This document shows positions 40,203 to 48,978 of a stretch of DNA of 64,000 nucleotides, piece after piece; within the stretch, counting starts at the first letter, position 1; every line of letters starts with the position of its first letter. The stretch is from a virus. The stretch lies in IMG/VR virus record IMGVR_UViG_3300045988_117710; one strand, written 5' to 3'. Under the pieces are notes generated by a model that saw only the letters and a program-made list of their open reading frames with translations, was not told the DNA's origin and ran no database searches. The translations under genes and the position numbers were made by a program.

Positions 40203-40499
40203 ATGGAAACTATTTATTGGACAAAGATTGAAAGGATTTTCGATTCTGAAAAGGAGATATGGGTATCTACTGATAAATATGAAATTATTAAGGAAGAAGA
40301 ACAAGGGTATGTTCCAGATGGTGACGGATTCCAAGTTAATATGAATGGTATCAGTTATGAAACATATCTAAAAGCACCAGAAAATTACCTTATAGTGTCC
40401 GGGGTTTTAATGGAAATCACTGAAGAGGAAGACTTAGAAGATTTACCTATTCCTGAAGATACTAATACAACAACTGATTCAGTTATAGATAATATGTAG
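40203..40499 (+). CDS. small acidic protein
   Basis: TAGGAGG RBS. Confidence 0.5.
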   Translation: METIYWTKIERIFDSEKEIWVSTDKYEIIKEEEQGYVPDGDGFQVNMNGISYETYLKAPENYLIVSGVLMEITEEEDLEDLPIPEDTNTTTDSVIDNM

Positions 40500-40587
40500 T
40501 TAATATTCAATTACTTTATATATTATTTTAGATATAAGTGTATTATGGGTACACGGTAATTTTAACAGATAAAATGGAGTTGCGCAT

Positions 40588-41169
40588 ATGAATGGTACTA
40601 AAACACCTTGGAATGATGTTTCTTCAATTTGGAAGAAGATTGCCGCAGTAATCGCCGCTGTAGGAGTTCTAGCAACTCTTACTGTTACTATATTTAAGAC
40701 ACCTGCTGATATTACCTATATTGTTTATGCTGTTCTTGGTTTGATTCTTTTAATGATTTCTTGGTATGTGGATAAACAAGCTTTTTATTCGCATAGAGAG
40801 TTGGTTGATTATGAGAATCAAGCAAGGGAGAAGATAACTAATGCTCTTGGAGATATTAGAGATTCTATTCATCAAGTTGATGAAGCTTCCAAGGATAGAA
40901 TTACTTCTTTTAATGATCGTGTTGACAAGATAATTGGTATTGTAGAAGATACTAGAAAGGATACTTTAAGAATTCAATTGCTTATCTTGATGAGAGAGGA
41001 CAATGACAATATAGATACTATTTTAAGGTTAGCAGAAACTTACTTTGTTAAGTTACAAGGCGATTGGTATATGACAAGTGAGTTTAGCAAGTGGGCGAAA
41101 GCTCATGATGTTATGATTCCAAATAATATTTGGGATTCTATTAAGGATCATGAAGATCTTAAGTCTTAG
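40588..41169 (+). CDS. membrane protein with two N-terminal TM helices (possible holin or holin partner)
   Basis: Hydrophobic segments IAAVIAAVGVLATLTVTIF and IVYAVLGLILLMISWYV. Confidence 0.4.
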   Translation: MNGTKTPWNDVSSIWKKIAAVIAAVGVLATLTVTIFKTPADITYIVYAVLGLILLMISWYVDKQAFYSHRELVDYENQAREKITNALGDIRDSIHQVDEASKDRITSFNDRVDKIIGIVEDTRKDTLRIQLLILMREDNDNIDTILRLAETYFVKLQGDWYMTSEFSKWAKAHDVMIPNNIWDSIKDHEDLKS

Positions 41170-41181
41170 GAGGGAGAATTT

Positions 41182-41520
41182 ATGAATGAATTTATTACTT
41201 GGGAAATGTTAGGGGATTTTGTTAAGTTAACTGGTATTGTATTAGCTACTACACAATTTGTTAAGAATGCACCTTTGATTAAGAAGATTCCTACTCAATA
41301 TTTATCTTGGTTAGTTTCATTTGTTTTAATTACTTTATTTAATATTCATACTTCTAATTTTACACCTATGGATATAGTGTTGTATGCTTTATCAGCAATG
41401 TTTATTGGAACTTCTGCTTCTGGTATTTATGATGTTGGAGGAACAAGTTCTGATAAGATAGAGAAGATTGCTACTAAGGTAAAAGATTTAATGAATGGAT
41501 CTTCTGAAGATACTAAATAG
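41182..41520 (+). CDS. holin-like protein
   Basis: 112 aa with two or three TM segments and a charged C-terminus. AGGAGGGAG RBS. Strong terminator follows. Confidence 0.45.
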   Translation: MNEFITWEMLGDFVKLTGIVLATTQFVKNAPLIKKIPTQYLSWLVSFVLITLFNIHTSNFTPMDIVLYALSAMFIGTSASGIYDVGGTSSDKIEKIATKVKDLMNGSSEDTK

Positions 41521-41528
41521 TTTTAGTT

Positions 41529-41557
41529 AAGAATGGCTTTTGAGTCATTCTTTTTTC
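41529..41557 (+). terminator. intrinsic terminator after the holin gene
   Basis: AAGAATGG/TCATTCTT stem plus TTTTTT. Confidence 0.65.
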
Positions 41558-41565
41558 GTATTAAT
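41549..41565 (+). promoter_or_regulatory. promoter variant, TTTTTTCGTATTAAT
   Basis: On the terminator U-tract. Confidence 0.4.
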
Positions 41566-41598
41566 ATATGTAATACTTTCACATATATTTTATATAAG

Positions 41599-41627
41599 TT
41601 GACTTTTTAATGATTGTATGGTATTAT
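41599..41627 (+). promoter_or_regulatory. promoter TTGACT-N17-TATTAT
   Basis: -35 at 41599-41604, -10 at 41622-41627. Confidence 0.5.
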
Positions 41628-41688
41628 TGTGAACAATTATGTATATTGTGAGTATTCTAGTACATAATATTAATTGAGGTGATTTAGT

Positions 41689-42372
41689 ATGGTAGAGTTT
41701 ATTGATATCAATATTACTAATTTTGTATTTAGGAAGGTTATTCGAAGTTTATCAAAGTTGAAGAAAGCTGGTTACTGTGTTGATTTCCCTATTAAGGGCA
41801 ATACTACTATGAAGAATTTACTTTCTAGTGATTATACTTCTATGTATAAGAATGAGAATGGTTTATTCTTAAGGGTTTATGTAACTACTGCAGAGAATCC
41901 TTCTGAAGAAGATATAATGGAGATTTTAGATTTAGAAGAAGCTTCTAAAGCGAAGAATAGAGTATTACGTGCCAATAGCTTGAAGAATAAGTGTTCTTTA
42001 TGTGGTGTTGGTATTAAAGGAAATAGTCGCTTATATAATAAGGAAGTAGTTTGTGAGCTTTGTTTTGCTCGTAAACAGCTTGAAATTGCGGATTATATTA
42101 GTCAATGGGTTAGTTCTATGGGTGATGATATTAAATCGCTTGACAGTGTGCCAGAACTGGCTGACAGAGGGTTCTATATCACACGTGATGGTAAGATGTA
42201 TGGAACTAAGTATAGATCCAAGGGTAAGACTTTCTTGGAGTATCCAATCGAGAAGAAGGTAGTCATTCATGATAATGGATTGAGGATCTGTTGTCTATGT
42301 AGAGCTTTGGATGATAATAAGAAAAACCTTTACTATAATGTAGACAAATTGGTTAGTGAATTATTTGTTTAG
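41689..42372 (+). CDS. zinc-finger protein
   Basis: CSLCG..CELC and CCLC motifs. Two upstream promoters. Confidence 0.5.
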   Translation: MVEFIDINITNFVFRKVIRSLSKLKKAGYCVDFPIKGNTTMKNLLSSDYTSMYKNENGLFLRVYVTTAENPSEEDIMEILDLEEASKAKNRVLRANSLKNKCSLCGVGIKGNSRLYNKEVVCELCFARKQLEIADYISQWVSSMGDDIKSLDSVPELADRGFYITRDGKMYGTKYRSKGKTFLEYPIEKKVVIHDNGLRICCLCRALDDNKKNLYYNVDKLVSELFV

Positions 42373-42380
42373 GAAAAGAA

Positions 42381-42416
42381 AAGCAACTTTTTGATGTAAA
42401 AGAGTTGCTTTTTTAT
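42381..42416 (+). terminator. intrinsic terminator
   Basis: AAGCAACT/AGTTGCTT stem plus TTTTTTATTTT. Confidence 0.65.
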
Positions 42417-42433
42417 TTTGTTTATCGTATAAT
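42416..42433 (+). promoter_or_regulatory. promoter, TTTTGTTTATCGTATAAT
   Basis: -10 at 42428-42433. Confidence 0.5.
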
Positions 42434-42472
42434 GGTTATAGTGAAAGGGATACATGGTGTCATGTATTATAG

Positions 42473-42727
42473 GTGGAATTTATGGAATTGAGAGATTTAG
42501 CTTTAAAGATGGGAGCAGTTAATATTGTTGTTAGTCATATCAATAGTGATTATTACAAGGACCATATTACAGTTGTTGTAAGTAATGACTTAGTTATGGA
42601 TTATGTTGGTAAGACTTATTCATTTATACCTCTAACTGAAAATGGTATGAATAAACAATTGGGAGCTGCTTCAGTTAGAAAGATTTTAGAAGCAATTAAG
42701 AATGAGCTTAAAGACAAATCATTCTAG
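42473..42727 (+). CDS. hypothetical protein
   Basis: AGGTGG RBS. Confidence 0.5.
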   Translation: MEFMELRDLALKMGAVNIVVSHINSDYYKDHITVVVSNDLVMDYVGKTYSFIPLTENGMNKQLGAASVRKILEAIKNELKDKSF

Positions 42728-42739
42728 GAGGTGATTTTA

Positions 42740-43159
42740 GTGAATACTGTTAAGAGATTAACTCGAGATGAGTTTTTGGAGATGAAGAAGGATTTCATTT
42801 CTGGATTAACTTGTGTGAGTGGTTGTGTTGGTAATCCTGATGATAGGAAGAAGGCAAACTTCAATGGTGTTTATGTGTTTCTGAAAGATGATGAGGTGTT
42901 TTATATTGGTAGTTGTTATTCATTAACTAGAACTATTGGTAAGGACCGTTTTCGTGAACATGAAGTTGGACATCATACTAATTCTTGTGTGTTAACACAT
43001 TTGATGGAGACTTATGCTTTAACCATTAAGCAGGCAAGAGAGATGTTTAACTCTGTAGAGTTTATAGCATTTAAGTGTGATCCGTTAGAGTTTCTTTTAA
43101 TGGATAATGTGCCTGGATTAATCAATAGTGCAGGTTATAAGAAAAGGATGGGAGTGTAG
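42740..43159 (+). CDS. GIY-YIG nuclease domain protein
   Basis: GVYVFL..DEVFYIGS..R..H motif. AGGAGGTGA RBS then GTG at 42740; the track start at 42731 sits inside the RBS. Confidence 0.55.
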   Translation: MNTVKRLTRDEFLEMKKDFISGLTCVSGCVGNPDDRKKANFNGVYVFLKDDEVFYIGSCYSLTRTIGKDRFREHEVGHHTNSCVLTHLMETYALTIKQAREMFNSVEFIAFKCDPLEFLLMDNVPGLINSAGYKKRMGV

Positions 43160-43161
43160 TT

Positions 43162-43365
43162 ATGAAGATGAGAAAGTATAATGTCAGAGGGTTGTTGAGA
43201 AGAGGGAATAGAGCAAAGCAATTTTCTTATAAGATTGAAGCTAGTTCTATCAAAGTAGCAGAGAGTTCTGTGAAGGCAATTGTATCTAATTATTGTAAGA
43301 CAGTTTATCCTAATTTGGATGAAGTTAAGTGTATCATTAATAAGAAGACTGTGAGGTGTGATTAA
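43162..43365 (+). CDS. small basic protein
   Basis: GGGAG RBS. Confidence 0.45.
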   Translation: MKMRKYNVRGLLRRGNRAKQFSYKIEASSIKVAESSVKAIVSNYCKTVYPNLDEVKCIINKKTVRCD

Positions 43366-43703
43366 TGGATAGAGTGTTCATTTATGATGGTTCTGATGGT
43401 CATAAGGAGTTAGCTATCAAGGTTACTACTGAAGAGTGTTTTAATTGGGGTGGTTTAGCTGTTTGTGATTTGTGTAATGAGGATTCAGATGGTTTCTTAT
43501 ATTTATGTCCTGAGTTAGGAAGCAATGCTTTATGTAGTAAGTGTTTTGAGGAACATAAGGGTAGAGTTAAGTTCTATCAAGAGGATGCACCTTATACTCT
43601 TAATAGTTTATTGAGTTATGCTAATAACTATGGATTAGAATTCTCTGATACTGATATGAAGACTATTCTTACTTATGTTGCTTTATTGAAGGAGGTTGTC
43701 TAA
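43365..43703 (+). CDS. Cys-rich small protein
   Basis: CDLC..C..C..CSKC. Confidence 0.45.
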   Translation: MDRVFIYDGSDGHKELAIKVTTEECFNWGGLAVCDLCNEDSDGFLYLCPELGSNALCSKCFEEHKGRVKFYQEDAPYTLNSLLSYANNYGLEFSDTDMKTILTYVALLKEVV

Positions 43704-43966
43704 TGTTTAAGTGTTATGATTGTGGTTATGTATTTGAAGAGCCAAAGCATTATTCAGAGGATAGAACTCCTGGTGGAGCATTTGAGGGTGGTTCTTTTAT
43801 AGAACATTTCACAGGATGTCCACAATGTGCTGGCGCCTATGATGAAGCCGTTGAGTGTGATGGTTGTGGTGAGTGGGCTTTCTCGAAGTATTTAGAAGCC
43901 ACTTGTGATGGTAATTATTGTGAAGCATGTATGGAAGAAATGGAGGTGGATGAAGATGAAGTATAA
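43703..43966 (+). CDS. zinc-ribbon protein
   Basis: CYDCGY, CPQC, CDGCGEW. GAAGGAGG RBS. Confidence 0.5.
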   Translation: MFKCYDCGYVFEEPKHYSEDRTPGGAFEGGSFIEHFTGCPQCAGAYDEAVECDGCGEWAFSKYLEATCDGNYCEACMEEMEVDEDEV

Positions 43967-44258
43967 TGTTGGTGATGAATTTATTTTACATACTTCTTTA
44001 GGAGATAAGGTAACTAAAATCGTTAATATTAAGTATGAGTTTGCTGATTATATTAAGGGTGGTCCTAAGTATGTTTCAGAGCAAGAGCTTGAAGGTTATA
44101 TGCTTTCTGGAGTTCTTAAGGAGTCTACTGAAGATAAGAAATTCTCTGATAAGGAGTTATTAGAGGTTGTACAGTATTTAGCGAACTCTGATAGATTTGT
44201 AGGTTTAAGTGTTAGTGATATCTTAAGAGAGGTAGGTGGCTCTGATGAGTTGGATTAA
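43956..44258 (+). CDS. hypothetical protein
   Basis: GGAGGTGGA RBS then ATG at 43956. The track ORF is extended upstream into the previous gene. Confidence 0.5.
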   Translation: MKYNVGDEFILHTSLGDKVTKIVNIKYEFADYIKGGPKYVSEQELEGYMLSGVLKESTEDKKFSDKELLEVVQYLANSDRFVGLSVSDILREVGGSDELD

Positions 44259-44466
44259 GAAGTTGTTTTGTAGACATCAATGGAGAGCTGTTCAGAAGAG
44301 AACTTCCAATCATTGTGATGATTATATTTACTTTTCAGATTTAGGGTTTTGGGATGATATCAAATATAAATGTGAGAAGTGTGGCAAGGAAAAGATTAAG
44401 ACTGTGGCAAATAGCAAACATCCTCTGTTACATGAATGGGAGGATTTAAATGACAAAGATAGATAA
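44245..44466 (+). CDS. zinc-ribbon protein
   Basis: GAGGTAGGTGG RBS, ATG at 44245. Confidence 0.45.
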   Translation: MSWIKKLFCRHQWRAVQKRTSNHCDDYIYFSDLGFWDDIKYKCEKCGKEKIKTVANSKHPLLHEWEDLNDKDR

Positions 44467-45010
44467 AGAGCTTTATAAGATTTATGATGAAGCTTGGAGA
44501 GTTTTAGATGATTATAAGGAAGAGCTGTTGAAGTATAATGATACTTCTAGCTTGAAGAAGGCAATGTATAATATTGATTCAGTTGTTGTTAATAGGAGAT
44601 GTAATTCTAGGAGAGGTTGTTGTAAGCATTTAGATGGTAATACTGTTAAGGTTGAGCTTTCTGGTTATATGTTATCTTTACCAGAGAAGGAAGCAGTTAC
44701 TACAATGGTTCATGAGCTTCTACATTGTTTTAGAGATTCACGTGGTCATAGAGGTCAATGGTTATGGAGAGCCAATTTGCTTAAGAGTAGAACTGGGTTG
44801 AATATTACTAGGGTGAGAACCATTGAGAATGAGTATGAGTTGAGAAAAGATTATTATGAACAACGAGCTAGGAATCAAAGAGAATATAATATAGTTTGTA
44901 GATGTAAGAATTGTGGTTATGAGATTCGTAGAAGTAGGGAGACACAATTCACGAAGCATCCAGAGTTTTATAAGCATCCACAGTGTGGTGGAACTTTTGA
45001 AAGGGTTTAG
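44450..45010 (+). CDS. SprT-like zinc metalloprotease domain protein with a C-terminal zinc ribbon
   Basis: HELLHCF (HExxH) motif and C-terminal CRCKNCGY..C. Confidence 0.5.
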   Translation: MTKIDKELYKIYDEAWRVLDDYKEELLKYNDTSSLKKAMYNIDSVVVNRRCNSRRGCCKHLDGNTVKVELSGYMLSLPEKEAVTTMVHELLHCFRDSRGHRGQWLWRANLLKSRTGLNITRVRTIENEYELRKDYYEQRARNQREYNIVCRCKNCGYEIRRSRETQFTKHPEFYKHPQCGGTFERV

Positions 45011-45046
45011 GTTTTGAATTAACGTAGTAAAGATTGGAGGTGTGCT

Positions 45047-45448
45047 ATGAGAGTTAATGTCGGTGATGTGGTTTTGGCAAAGTATATGAATTTTGATGGT
45101 GAGATATCTTTTGGTTTATTCACGATTTGTTATCATGAGTGTTATGATAATCCTGTTTCTACTAATTTTACAGCTATTAAGGTTTGTACTAGATCTGGCT
45201 GTTATCAAATTAATTTACTTAAACGTTCTTTACCGTTTTTGGAACATGATTCGTTTTTAAACTGTAATATGCAATTTCGATTCAGAGAGGATCAGGTATT
45301 AAAGATTTGTGGTAGGTTAACACCTTACTATTGTAATAAGATGTTACAGCAAGTTATGAATTACAATTCTGCTATGAATAGACAATTGCAAGATTTAATT
45401 GGTGATGATATTTTTGAAGATTTGAAAGATAGAATTTCAAATAGTTGA
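45047..45448 (+). CDS. hypothetical protein
   Basis: GGAGGTG RBS. Confidence 0.5.
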   Translation: MRVNVGDVVLAKYMNFDGEISFGLFTICYHECYDNPVSTNFTAIKVCTRSGCYQINLLKRSLPFLEHDSFLNCNMQFRFREDQVLKICGRLTPYYCNKMLQQVMNYNSAMNRQLQDLIGDDIFEDLKDRISNS

Positions 45449-45458
45449 GGTGGTTTTT

Positions 45459-46634
45459 ATGAAAGAGTTTGTTATTAAGAATGAACTTATGATGTTCATT
45501 GAGGAGCATGAGGATTGGAAGGTTCTATTAGCTTCTGATCCTTATAATCTAATTATTAAGGAAGATGAGGATTTTCCTAATGTTTATTTATTCAAGTATA
45601 ATATGTTAGAGTCTGATATGTATCAGAAGATTTCCCAAGAAGCGAGAGGTTTAATAGTTGAGGTTTCTGAAGTAGCTGGTAGACGTGTGACTAAGATGTT
45701 AGCACATTCTTTTGATAAGTTCTTTAACTATACTGAACCTCAAGGTGTTATGGTTCTAGAGAATTTCAATTGGGATAATTATAGTTTCCAAGAGAAGAGA
45801 GATGGATCTCTTATGAGATTGTGGTTCTATAAAGATAAGTGGGTTGTATCTAGTTCTGGTACTATTGATGCTCATAAAGCCAATATTCAGATTCCTAGTG
45901 TAGGTTATAATTCATTTGGTGATATGTTTGATGCTATTATTAAGAAGTATGATGTTGATTTTGATTCTTTAGATAAGGGGATAACTTATTCATTTGAGAT
46001 GACTTCACCAGACAATAAGATAGTAGTTGATTATGACTCTGATGAGCTTACTCTTATTGGTATGAGAGTTAACAAGTTGAATATGGAGCTTGATCCTATA
46101 TCTTTTAATCCATTTAAGGATATTAAGGTTGCTGAGAGATTTGAGTTTACTTCTCTTGATGATGCTTTATCTATTATTAATAATAGAACGAATTTTGAGG
46201 GCTTGGTTTTGGTTGATTCTAGTTTCAATCGTGTTAAGATTAAGACTGAGGAGTATTTAGCTTTAGCAAAGATGTCTGACATGGCAAGTTCTGATAGAGG
46301 TATCTTAAGGATGATTCTAGCTGGTACTATAGATGATGTTGCAAATCGATTACCACATTTACAACCACGAATTGATATCGTTAAGGGTTTTGTGGAATCA
46401 GAAATTACTAATATTAAGCAGTTGATTAGTACTGTTGATTTTACTCAAGATAGAAAGACAATTGCTCTATCAGTTAAGGATAGTCCTTATGCTAGGTTTG
46501 TATTTCCATTGATTTCTAATCCTGATCAGGATGTTATTGGAGCTTATTTTGTGTCTGATAACTTGGAGAAGATTTACAAATCTTATAAGGAAAGGTTCAA
46601 TTTAAGTGAAGAAACTGAAGAAGAAGTCATATAA
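45459..46634 (+). CDS. RNA ligase, T4 Rnl1 (RnlA)-like
   Basis: Nucleotidyltransferase motif I KRDGSL (T4 Rnl1 has KEDGSL). GAGGTGG RBS. Confidence 0.6.
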   Translation: MKEFVIKNELMMFIEEHEDWKVLLASDPYNLIIKEDEDFPNVYLFKYNMLESDMYQKISQEARGLIVEVSEVAGRRVTKMLAHSFDKFFNYTEPQGVMVLENFNWDNYSFQEKRDGSLMRLWFYKDKWVVSSSGTIDAHKANIQIPSVGYNSFGDMFDAIIKKYDVDFDSLDKGITYSFEMTSPDNKIVVDYDSDELTLIGMRVNKLNMELDPISFNPFKDIKVAERFEFTSLDDALSIINNRTNFEGLVLVDSSFNRVKIKTEEYLALAKMSDMASSDRGILRMILAGTIDDVANRLPHLQPRIDIVKGFVESEITNIKQLISTVDFTQDRKTIALSVKDSPYARFVFPLISNPDQDVIGAYFVSDNLEKIYKSYKERFNLSEETEEEVI

Positions 46635-46651
46635 TAGTTGACTTCTTTTTT
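46623..46651 (+). terminator. intrinsic terminator overlapping a downstream -35
   Basis: GAAGTCA/TGACTTC stem plus TTTTTT. Confidence 0.6.
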
Positions 46652-46666
46652 GTTTTATCGTATAAT
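46638..46666 (+). promoter_or_regulatory. consensus promoter TTGACT-N17-TATAAT
   Basis: -35 lies in the terminator 3' arm. The 24 nt from the -10 onward are identical to 21206-21229. Confidence 0.65.
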
Positions 46667-46691
46667 AGAGACAATGAAAGAGGTGAATGTT

Positions 46692-47408
46692 ATGAAAGAC
46701 ATGCTTATGAATGAGTATAGTGTTTCAAAACTATTTGTTAAGAATAGTCCAACAAGTAGAATTAACAGCAGAGCGGATTTTGGTTATAAGGAAGAACATG
46801 TATGGGACATTGAGAAGTACCTATCTGATGAAGAGAAGTTAGAAATTATTGATTACCATACTGATGGGTTAGGTTCTTATATTCTAGATCTTATTAGAAA
46901 CTATCAAGTTGTAAGAGAGAATCCAGAGGTTCTTAAGAGAACAACTTATGGAGGGTTTAATAAGAATTCATTATTGAAGTGGTTGAATACAGCTGATCCT
47001 AGAAATGTATGTTCTAGAATTCTAACTCGTAGTTATCCTACTTATTGGATGTTCAAGAAGGAGTTTAGATTAACTGAGGATTGTCCTACAACTGACTATG
47101 GTTATAGGTTCTTATATACAGACCAACCTGTTGTTAGACAATGGTTTCATGATTTACTTAATAAGTTAAATAAGGAAGAGACTGAATGGTTTTTATTAAA
47201 TGATGAACATGAGGTTAAGATAAATAAGGTTAAGGATTTAGCTGATATTGTAGGGACTGACAATTTAAATAATCGTAAGTTATCTGACCTAGTTTGGAAT
47301 AATAAACGTGATGGTTTTACTGATGAAGAGTTGGATCGTTACATAGAAGTTTTAAGTGATATTGTTAATTATATGAATGAGAAGAAAGCTCAACTTGAGT
47401 TAATATAG
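46692..47408 (+). CDS. hypothetical protein
   Basis: Consensus promoter at 46638-46666 and a 5'-UTR identical to that of the PARP-like gene. ATG at 46692; the track ORF is extended through the promoter. Confidence 0.55.
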   Translation: MKDMLMNEYSVSKLFVKNSPTSRINSRADFGYKEEHVWDIEKYLSDEEKLEIIDYHTDGLGSYILDLIRNYQVVRENPEVLKRTTYGGFNKNSLLKWLNTADPRNVCSRILTRSYPTYWMFKKEFRLTEDCPTTDYGYRFLYTDQPVVRQWFHDLLNKLNKEETEWFLLNDEHEVKINKVKDLADIVGTDNLNNRKLSDLVWNNKRDGFTDEELDRYIEVLSDIVNYMNEKKAQLELI

Positions 47409-47420
47409 GAGGTAATGTAT

Positions 47421-47678
47421 ATGTCAAAAGTAAGTTTTATGTTAGGAAGTAATTTAGTATTTCAAATATCAAAGAGTAATTATATGTCTGCTAATCAGAT
47501 TGTGGATTTCTTAATGGAGCAAGGTTGTTTCACTCTTAAGAAAGACAATGTTATGAAGTCACTTGATAATATGTTATATTATGGTCGTGAGATTACAGCT
47601 GGTGAGTATGATTGTTTAACTGGTAAGGTTACATTAACAATCTCTGATGAGGTTTGGGAGGATCCATATGGATGTTAG
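47421..47678 (+). CDS. hypothetical protein
   Basis: AGGAGG RBS. Confidence 0.5.
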   Translation: MSKVSFMLGSNLVFQISKSNYMSANQIVDFLMEQGCFTLKKDNVMKSLDNMLYYGREITAGEYDCLTGKVTLTISDEVWEDPYGC

Positions 47679-47877
47679 AAGTTATACGAAGGATTTATTA
47701 AGGGAGCTTGGTGCTAAGGGATATATGATTGTCCCTTGCACACAAGAAGAGCAAGAGGAGATATTTACAACTTTGAGGTCTAATGGTAGATGTGCAAGAG
47801 CTGGTTATATCTATAATAAGGAACATGAGAAGATATTCTTTGTTCTAACAAAGAAGAGAAATAAGGTTGGTGCTTAG
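47668..47877 (+). CDS. hypothetical protein
   Basis: GGGAGGA RBS, ATG at 47668. Confidence 0.45.
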   Translation: MDVRSYTKDLLRELGAKGYMIVPCTQEEQEEIFTTLRSNGRCARAGYIYNKEHEKIFFVLTKKRNKVGA

Positions 47878-47878
47878 T

Positions 47879-48370
47879 ATGATTAAGATTAAGTATGGTG
47901 ATTTGTTAGATGCAACGGAAGATGTAATCTGTCATCAATGTAATGTTCAAGGTATCTTTGGTGGAGGTTTAGCTGCTCAGATTGGTAAGAGATGGCCACA
48001 ATGTGCTTTCTCTACTGAAGGGTTCGCTGAAGTATTTGGTTCTGGTGTTCTAGGTATGGTTCATTATTGGAAGACTCCTGATGGTAGAACTGTTTGTAAT
48101 TGTTTTACTCAGAGGGAGGATTTCACTACTGATTATTGTTTTCTAGAGAAAGCTTTTACAGAGATTCTTACAATTTGTAAGGAGAGTAATCTTTCAGTAG
48201 CAGTACCATTTCAGTATGGTTGTGGTATAGCTCATGGTGATTGGAATCAGGTATTAGATATCTTTACTAGGTTATCTACTGATATTGGTGTTGATATTAA
48301 TGTTTATTATTTGAAGGGAAGTGTTCAAGATGCCTCTAATAGTGAAGGACAAATATTTGGAGAAGAATAG
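47879..48370 (+). CDS. macro-domain (ADP-ribose binding / hydrolase) protein
   Basis: YGDLLDATEDVICHQCNVQGIFGGGLAAQI matches the macro-domain core (GDIT..DAIVNAAN..GGGV). Confidence 0.6.
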   Translation: MIKIKYGDLLDATEDVICHQCNVQGIFGGGLAAQIGKRWPQCAFSTEGFAEVFGSGVLGMVHYWKTPDGRTVCNCFTQREDFTTDYCFLEKAFTEILTICKESNLSVAVPFQYGCGIAHGDWNQVLDIFTRLSTDIGVDINVYYLKGSVQDASNSEGQIFGEE

Positions 48371-48575
48371 TTGGGTTATAGGTGATTTACTAACTGCTAG
48401 AGAAATGATTGATGTTATTGTTAGAGATTTAGAATCTAATGGTAGAACTCATGTAGATTATGTTCTAGAGAAGTTAGAAAGAGCAGAGAATATTTTAAAT
48501 AATATTAATGGGTTATGTTTAAGAAATTCTAATAAAGGAGTGAAGAAAGATGAAGACACAAGTTCAAGTAATTAG
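48330..48575 (+). CDS. hypothetical protein
   Basis: GAAGGGA RBS then ATG at 48330. Confidence 0.4.
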   Translation: MPLIVKDKYLEKNSWVIGDLLTAREMIDVIVRDLESNGRTHVDYVLEKLERAENILNNINGLCLRNSNKGVKKDEDTSSSN

Positions 48576-48978
48576 GACCTATGATAGAAGTGTTTTTGAA
48601 AAACAACTATCTGAAGCTTATGCAAGTAAGGATGTAGTTAATGTTAATACTCATACCGAGTCTTATTTCAATGGAAGGGATTTAGTTATCTATTATATAG
48701 CAATTGTGTTCTATAAGGAGAATGTTGGTGAGATTGCTTTAGTGAATAGGTCTAAGTCAGATATTCTAGTTAGTAATTTAGGATTAAATTCTAGAGCTTA
48801 TGGTGTGTTGGTTAGACATAATAGACATATGACTCTTGGTGATCTTGTTGATTTAATAAGATCTGGTAGTATTTATAAGATGAAGAATATTGGTGGTACT
48901 ACTGTAACTCAAATTAAGGAGAGATTAGTTGAGTTAGGTTTAGTTAAGGAGGAGAGTTCAAATGGCAAAGATAGATGA
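48550..48978 (+). CDS. protein with an RNA polymerase alpha-subunit C-terminal-domain-like (HhH) fold
   Basis: LGLNSRAYGVL..GDLVDLIRSGSIYKMKNIGGTTVTQIKERLVELGL is collinear with the E. coli alpha-CTD ([45 protein letters not shown]). Confidence 0.5.
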   Translation: MKTQVQVIRTYDRSVFEKQLSEAYASKDVVNVNTHTESYFNGRDLVIYYIAIVFYKENVGEIALVNRSKSDILVSNLGLNSRAYGVLVRHNRHMTLGDLVDLIRSGSIYKMKNIGGTTVTQIKERLVELGLVKEESSNGKDR

